64,000 bases of DNA from Methanothrix sp. (GTDB lineage: Archaea; Halobacteriota; Methanosarcinia; Methanotrichales; Methanotrichaceae): positions 20,770 to 84,769 of the forward strand of contig JAXGJB010000007.1 in NCBI GenBank assembly GCA_040770465.1, in the 5' to 3' direction. Below are positions 61,110 to 64,000 of this stretch, piece by piece. Both the position numbers and the translations under genes were made by a program. Each line of letters begins with the position of its first letter. The stretch's first letter is position 1. Below the pieces are notes generated by a model. That model was not told the DNA's origin, did no database searches, and worked only from the letters and a program-made list of their open reading frames with translations.

Positions 61110-61532
61110 ATGATGGAGAGGTTGACGAAGTTCCAGAACGCCATTCTGATATTTCTCACCTGGATGATGGCATTGGTGGTGCTCTTGGCGACGGGGGAGC
61201 TATTTTACATCATCGCGAGGGAGATCGTCACACCGCCCCTCCTCCTTCTGGAGATCGACCAGCTCCTGGAGATCTTCGGCTACTTCCTCCTGGTTCTAAT
61301 CGGGATCGAGCTATTGGAGACCTTCAAGATCTATCTCGAAGAGAACGTCATCAACGTCCAGGTGGTCCTGCTGGTGGCGATCATCGCCGTGGCGAGGAAG
61401 GTCATCATCCTAGACGTAAAGATCCTTCCCAGCATGACCCTCATCGGGATAGGGGTGATCGTCATCTCCCTTGCGGCCGGCTATTACCTGGTGAAGAAGA
61501 GCCAGCAGGACGAGAAGGCGTGTAAGCTCTGA
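61110..61532 (+). CDS. PsiE-family membrane protein
   Basis: LIGIELLET, VAIIAVARKVIILD. Confidence 0.88.
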   Translation: MMERLTKFQNAILIFLTWMMALVVLLATGELFYIIAREIVTPPLLLLEIDQLLEIFGYFLLVLIGIELLETFKIYLEENVINVQVVLLVAIIAVARKVIILDVKILPSMTLIGIGVIVISLAAGYYLVKKSQQDEKACKL

Positions 61533-61700
61533 GCAATGGATCGACGTTCTCCTTCATCCTTCATCATCCTTCATGTCTCGATAGAGCTTCAGGATTCACC
61601 TTCTATCTGGCGTCCAGTGCTCAGGCGTCCATGCAGCCGGTCGGCGGTGGGAACCCTTTAATCCGATTGGAGCCTAAAATACCTGGAGGAGGAGAGACTA

Positions 61701-62351
61701 TTGATCCCCGACGAAAATTTTGCCGACCCCCCCGAGAGGGTCAAAACGGCTCTTGAGGAGGTGGCAGACCGGTACTCAGAGCTGGCCAAAGACCTTCGGG
61801 CGGACCTGGCCGCCGCCGGGGGTGCGGAGGAGGTCCTGGAGCTGGCCGAGAGGTCGACCCTGGAGATGCTGGCAAATCTGCCCCTGAGCCCGGTCTACTG
61901 CCCATTCTGCACATTCTACCAGCCGGGATCTGAGGACTGCCGGGGCTGTGGATACGCCGCCAGGTACGGCCGGTGTACGGAGGCTGGAACCCCCTACAAC
62001 CGGGCTATCGTTGCCCATTACGACCTGGTGGAGGCGGTCGAGAACCTCCGGCCGGGCCAGCCGGGCCGATCTCGGGCGAGGTCTTCGACCCCCCCGGAAG
62101 AGGCGATCAAAGTCGCCCTCGGAGGTGAGGCGGACCGGGTCATCGATCTTGCCGGCCGATTCCAGAGGAGGATAAGAGGGGCCCGGTCCTCGGAGGAGGT
62201 GATGACCCTTAAGACGGAGTTCATGGCCGATCTTGTAGGAGACCTGCCGGCGGAGAAGGTCTGCAAAGTCTGCGGTTTCGACCACCGTGAGTTCTCCGAG
62301 GCGAAGAACGAGGCGCTTTTGAGGCTGAGACGCCACTGGCCCGCCGCCTGA
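61701..62351 (+). CDS. Hypothetical Cys-rich helical protein
   Basis: CPFC, CRGC..YGRC, CKVC; TATA-like CTTTAATC and GGAGG upstream. Confidence 0.7.
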   Translation: MIPDENFADPPERVKTALEEVADRYSELAKDLRADLAAAGGAEEVLELAERSTLEMLANLPLSPVYCPFCTFYQPGSEDCRGCGYAARYGRCTEAGTPYNRAIVAHYDLVEAVENLRPGQPGRSRARSSTPPEEAIKVALGGEADRVIDLAGRFQRRIRGARSSEEVMTLKTEFMADLVGDLPAEKVCKVCGFDHREFSEAKNEALLRLRRHWPAA

Positions 62352-62414
62352 CGGGGCGGCTCGGACTATGCTGCCATCATCGGCTCATCGAGTCGAACTC
62401 TAAGCCCGACCACT

Positions 62415-62660
62415 TCAGGGCCGACGACGGCCGCTCGCGGCCGAGGCCACCAGGACCGCCAGGGGTAAGAGGCCGATGATCAGGACCGCCTCGACAGAGA
62501 GGTCGAAAGCTACTGCCAGGATCACCAGGATGATCCCCAAAAAGACGACGGTCCAGGAGCGGCGGGGGCCCAGGCTGCAGGCGCATTTGGGCCTTTGCGG
62601 CTGGGATTCGGATCTAGACTTTGACTTGCACTTGTCGGAATTTCGGTCGTTTGCGTTCAT
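62415..62660 (-). CDS. Small membrane protein
   Basis: Two hydrophobic segments; downstream of tyrA. Confidence 0.45.
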   Translation of the reverse strand: MNANDRNSDKCKSKSRSESQPQRPKCACSLGPRRSWTVVFLGIILVILAVAFDLSVEAVLIIGLLPLAVLVASAASGRRRP

Positions 62661-62680
62661 TTCTCTACCACCGTCTCTTC

Positions 62681-63589
62681 TCATCCGCGTCGTTCGCCCT
62701 CACGGTTCTCGATCCAGAGGCCGATCAGCCTGTCAGACCTCGCCAGGGCCTCCTCTCTCCCCTCGAAGTGGTCGGCGGCGGCGGCCATCGCCTCCATGAA
62801 GCCCGCAAGGTTGCCGTCGTCGGCGAGCTTTGAGAGCCGTTCGCACTCTTCGATGTAGGCCTCTCTCACCTGCCCCGCTTCGGGATTCTCCTGGATGCTG
62901 GCGTAAAGCTCCGGGCTCTGGGCGAGGATTCGGCCGACGAAGTCGATCATGATCTCGTAGACGGGGCTCATGAACCTCCTCGACCGGTCGACGTCGAAGT
63001 CCAGGGATCGGAGGGTCGATCCGATGGAGATGTAGGCGAAGTGGGTGAGGGCCTGGACTACGGCCATGATCCGGTCGTGCTCTTCTGCCTCCAGCACCTC
63101 CACCCTGGCGCCGTCCTCTCGGAAGAGCTCCTCCATCGGCGAGAGCCACTCGTCGCACCTCCCCAGCGCCGGGACGAGGATCACCGTCTGGCCCCGGATG
63201 GTGGGGATGGTGGGGCCGAACATGGGGTGGGTTCCCAGGACCTCGACCCCGGCAGGGGCCCACCTCGTCATAGCCTCCATCGGGCCGGCCTTGAGGCTGG
63301 TGACGTCCATGAGCAGGCTTCCCGCCTTCATCCGGGGGGCGACCTCTTCGATGACCCTGATCGTCTCTTTTATGGGGACGCTGAGAAGGACGACGTCGCT
63401 ATCCGCCACCTCTGCCAGAAGGTCGCTCGCAAACCCGACCCCCAGCCGTTCAGCCACGTCGACTTTGCCGCTGGGGCCCCAGACCGTCACTCGAAAGCCG
63501 TGGCCCTTGAAGTAGCTGGCAAACCAGCTTCCCGTCCCTCCGGTGCCGCCGACGATCAGCATCCGATTCTTGCCTTTCAATTCCGTCAT
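62681..63589 (-). CDS. tyrA: Prephenate dehydrogenase
   Basis: GGTGGTG, DVTSLK, HPMFGP, EHDRIMAVVQALTH. Confidence 0.93.
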   Translation of the reverse strand: MTELKGKNRMLIVGGTGGTGSWFASYFKGHGFRVTVWGPSGKVDVAERLGVGFASDLLAEVADSDVVLLSVPIKETIRVIEEVAPRMKAGSLLMDVTSLKAGPMEAMTRWAPAGVEVLGTHPMFGPTIPTIRGQTVILVPALGRCDEWLSPMEELFREDGARVEVLEAEEHDRIMAVVQALTHFAYISIGSTLRSLDFDVDRSRRFMSPVYEIMIDFVGRILAQSPELYASIQENPEAGQVREAYIEECERLSKLADDGNLAGFMEAMAAAADHFEGREEALARSDRLIGLWIENREGERRG

Positions 63590-64000
63590 CTGTTTCTCAG
63601 CTCCTCCCTAACCGCATCCTCCATGACGTCGACGGGGGCTTTCCGACCGGTCCAGATCTCTATTGAGAGGGCCCCCTGCATGACGAGCATGGGAACGCCG
63701 TCGATGACCTGGGCCCCCGCCCTGGCGGCGTCTTGCAACAGCTCGGTCTCCCGGTTGTAGACGATGTCGAAGACCGTCTGACCCTCCCGGAAGAGCCGAC
63801 CGTCCACGAGCCGGGGGTCTCCCGCCCTCATCCCGACGGAGGTGGCGTTGACGACCACCTCTGCCTCGGGGACCAGCCCCTCCAGTTCAGAGAGGCCGTA
63901 GCCCCGACCGCCGACGGCTGCCGCCAGGTCCAGCGCACGCGAACGGTCCCGGTTGGCGATTGTGACCTCAGCACCCGAGAGGGCGAGCTGCCGGGCGATC
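63586..64000 (-). CDS. aroE: Shikimate dehydrogenase (C-terminal part)
   Basis: IANR, VVNATSVGM, FDIVY, DG..ML..QG. Confidence 0.92.
   Translation of the reverse strand, partial: IARQLALSGAEVTIANRDRSRALDLAAAVGGRGYGLSELEGLVPEAEVVVNATSVGMRAGDPRLVDGRLFREGQTVFDIVYNRETELLQDAARAGAQVIDGVPMLVMQGALSIEIWTGRKAPVDVMEDAVREELRNR

Overview
Archaeal DNA of roughly 60% GC (estimated by eye). Gene content and style point to a Methanothrix/Methanosaeta-like methanogen of the Methanosarcinales; this assignment is inferred. Most of the window is housekeeping: htpX, a liv-type ABC transporter, ileS, rnz, surE, two ClC-CBS paralogues, superoxide reductase, tspO, a HerA-like ATPase, rhomboid, NYN, tatD, leuA, an FKBP PPIase, pyrBI, a solo Cas4-like gene, U32/RlhA, alkD, msrA, an Fe/B12-type ABC transporter, tyrA and aroE. 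Lower-GC accessory patches are interspersed. Main highlights: (1) leuA has no canonical in-frame start upstream of its catalytic DTTLRDGEQ motif. The promoter-proximal ATG opens a 12-codon ORF ending TTT-CTA-TAA, a candidate leucine-sensing +1 ribosomal frameshift. (2) A low-GC, TAATG-coupled pair encodes a cytoplasmic caspase-fold (C25) protease with an unknown N-terminal domain plus a 93-aa partner. (3) A second TAATG-coupled pair encodes an NHLP-leader-like small protein and a 752-aa TULIP-like beta-rich protein, next to an intact IS481 element with a 15-bp target duplication. (4) A DOMON-DUF2202 lipoprotein / decayed b561-like / SOR / TspO redox cluster. (5) Several intergenic tandem repeats, a ~900-bp AT-rich island, and a poly-G run that is probably a sequencing artefact. 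No rRNA, complete tRNA or CRISPR array was seen. All family calls come from motif recognition, not database searches.
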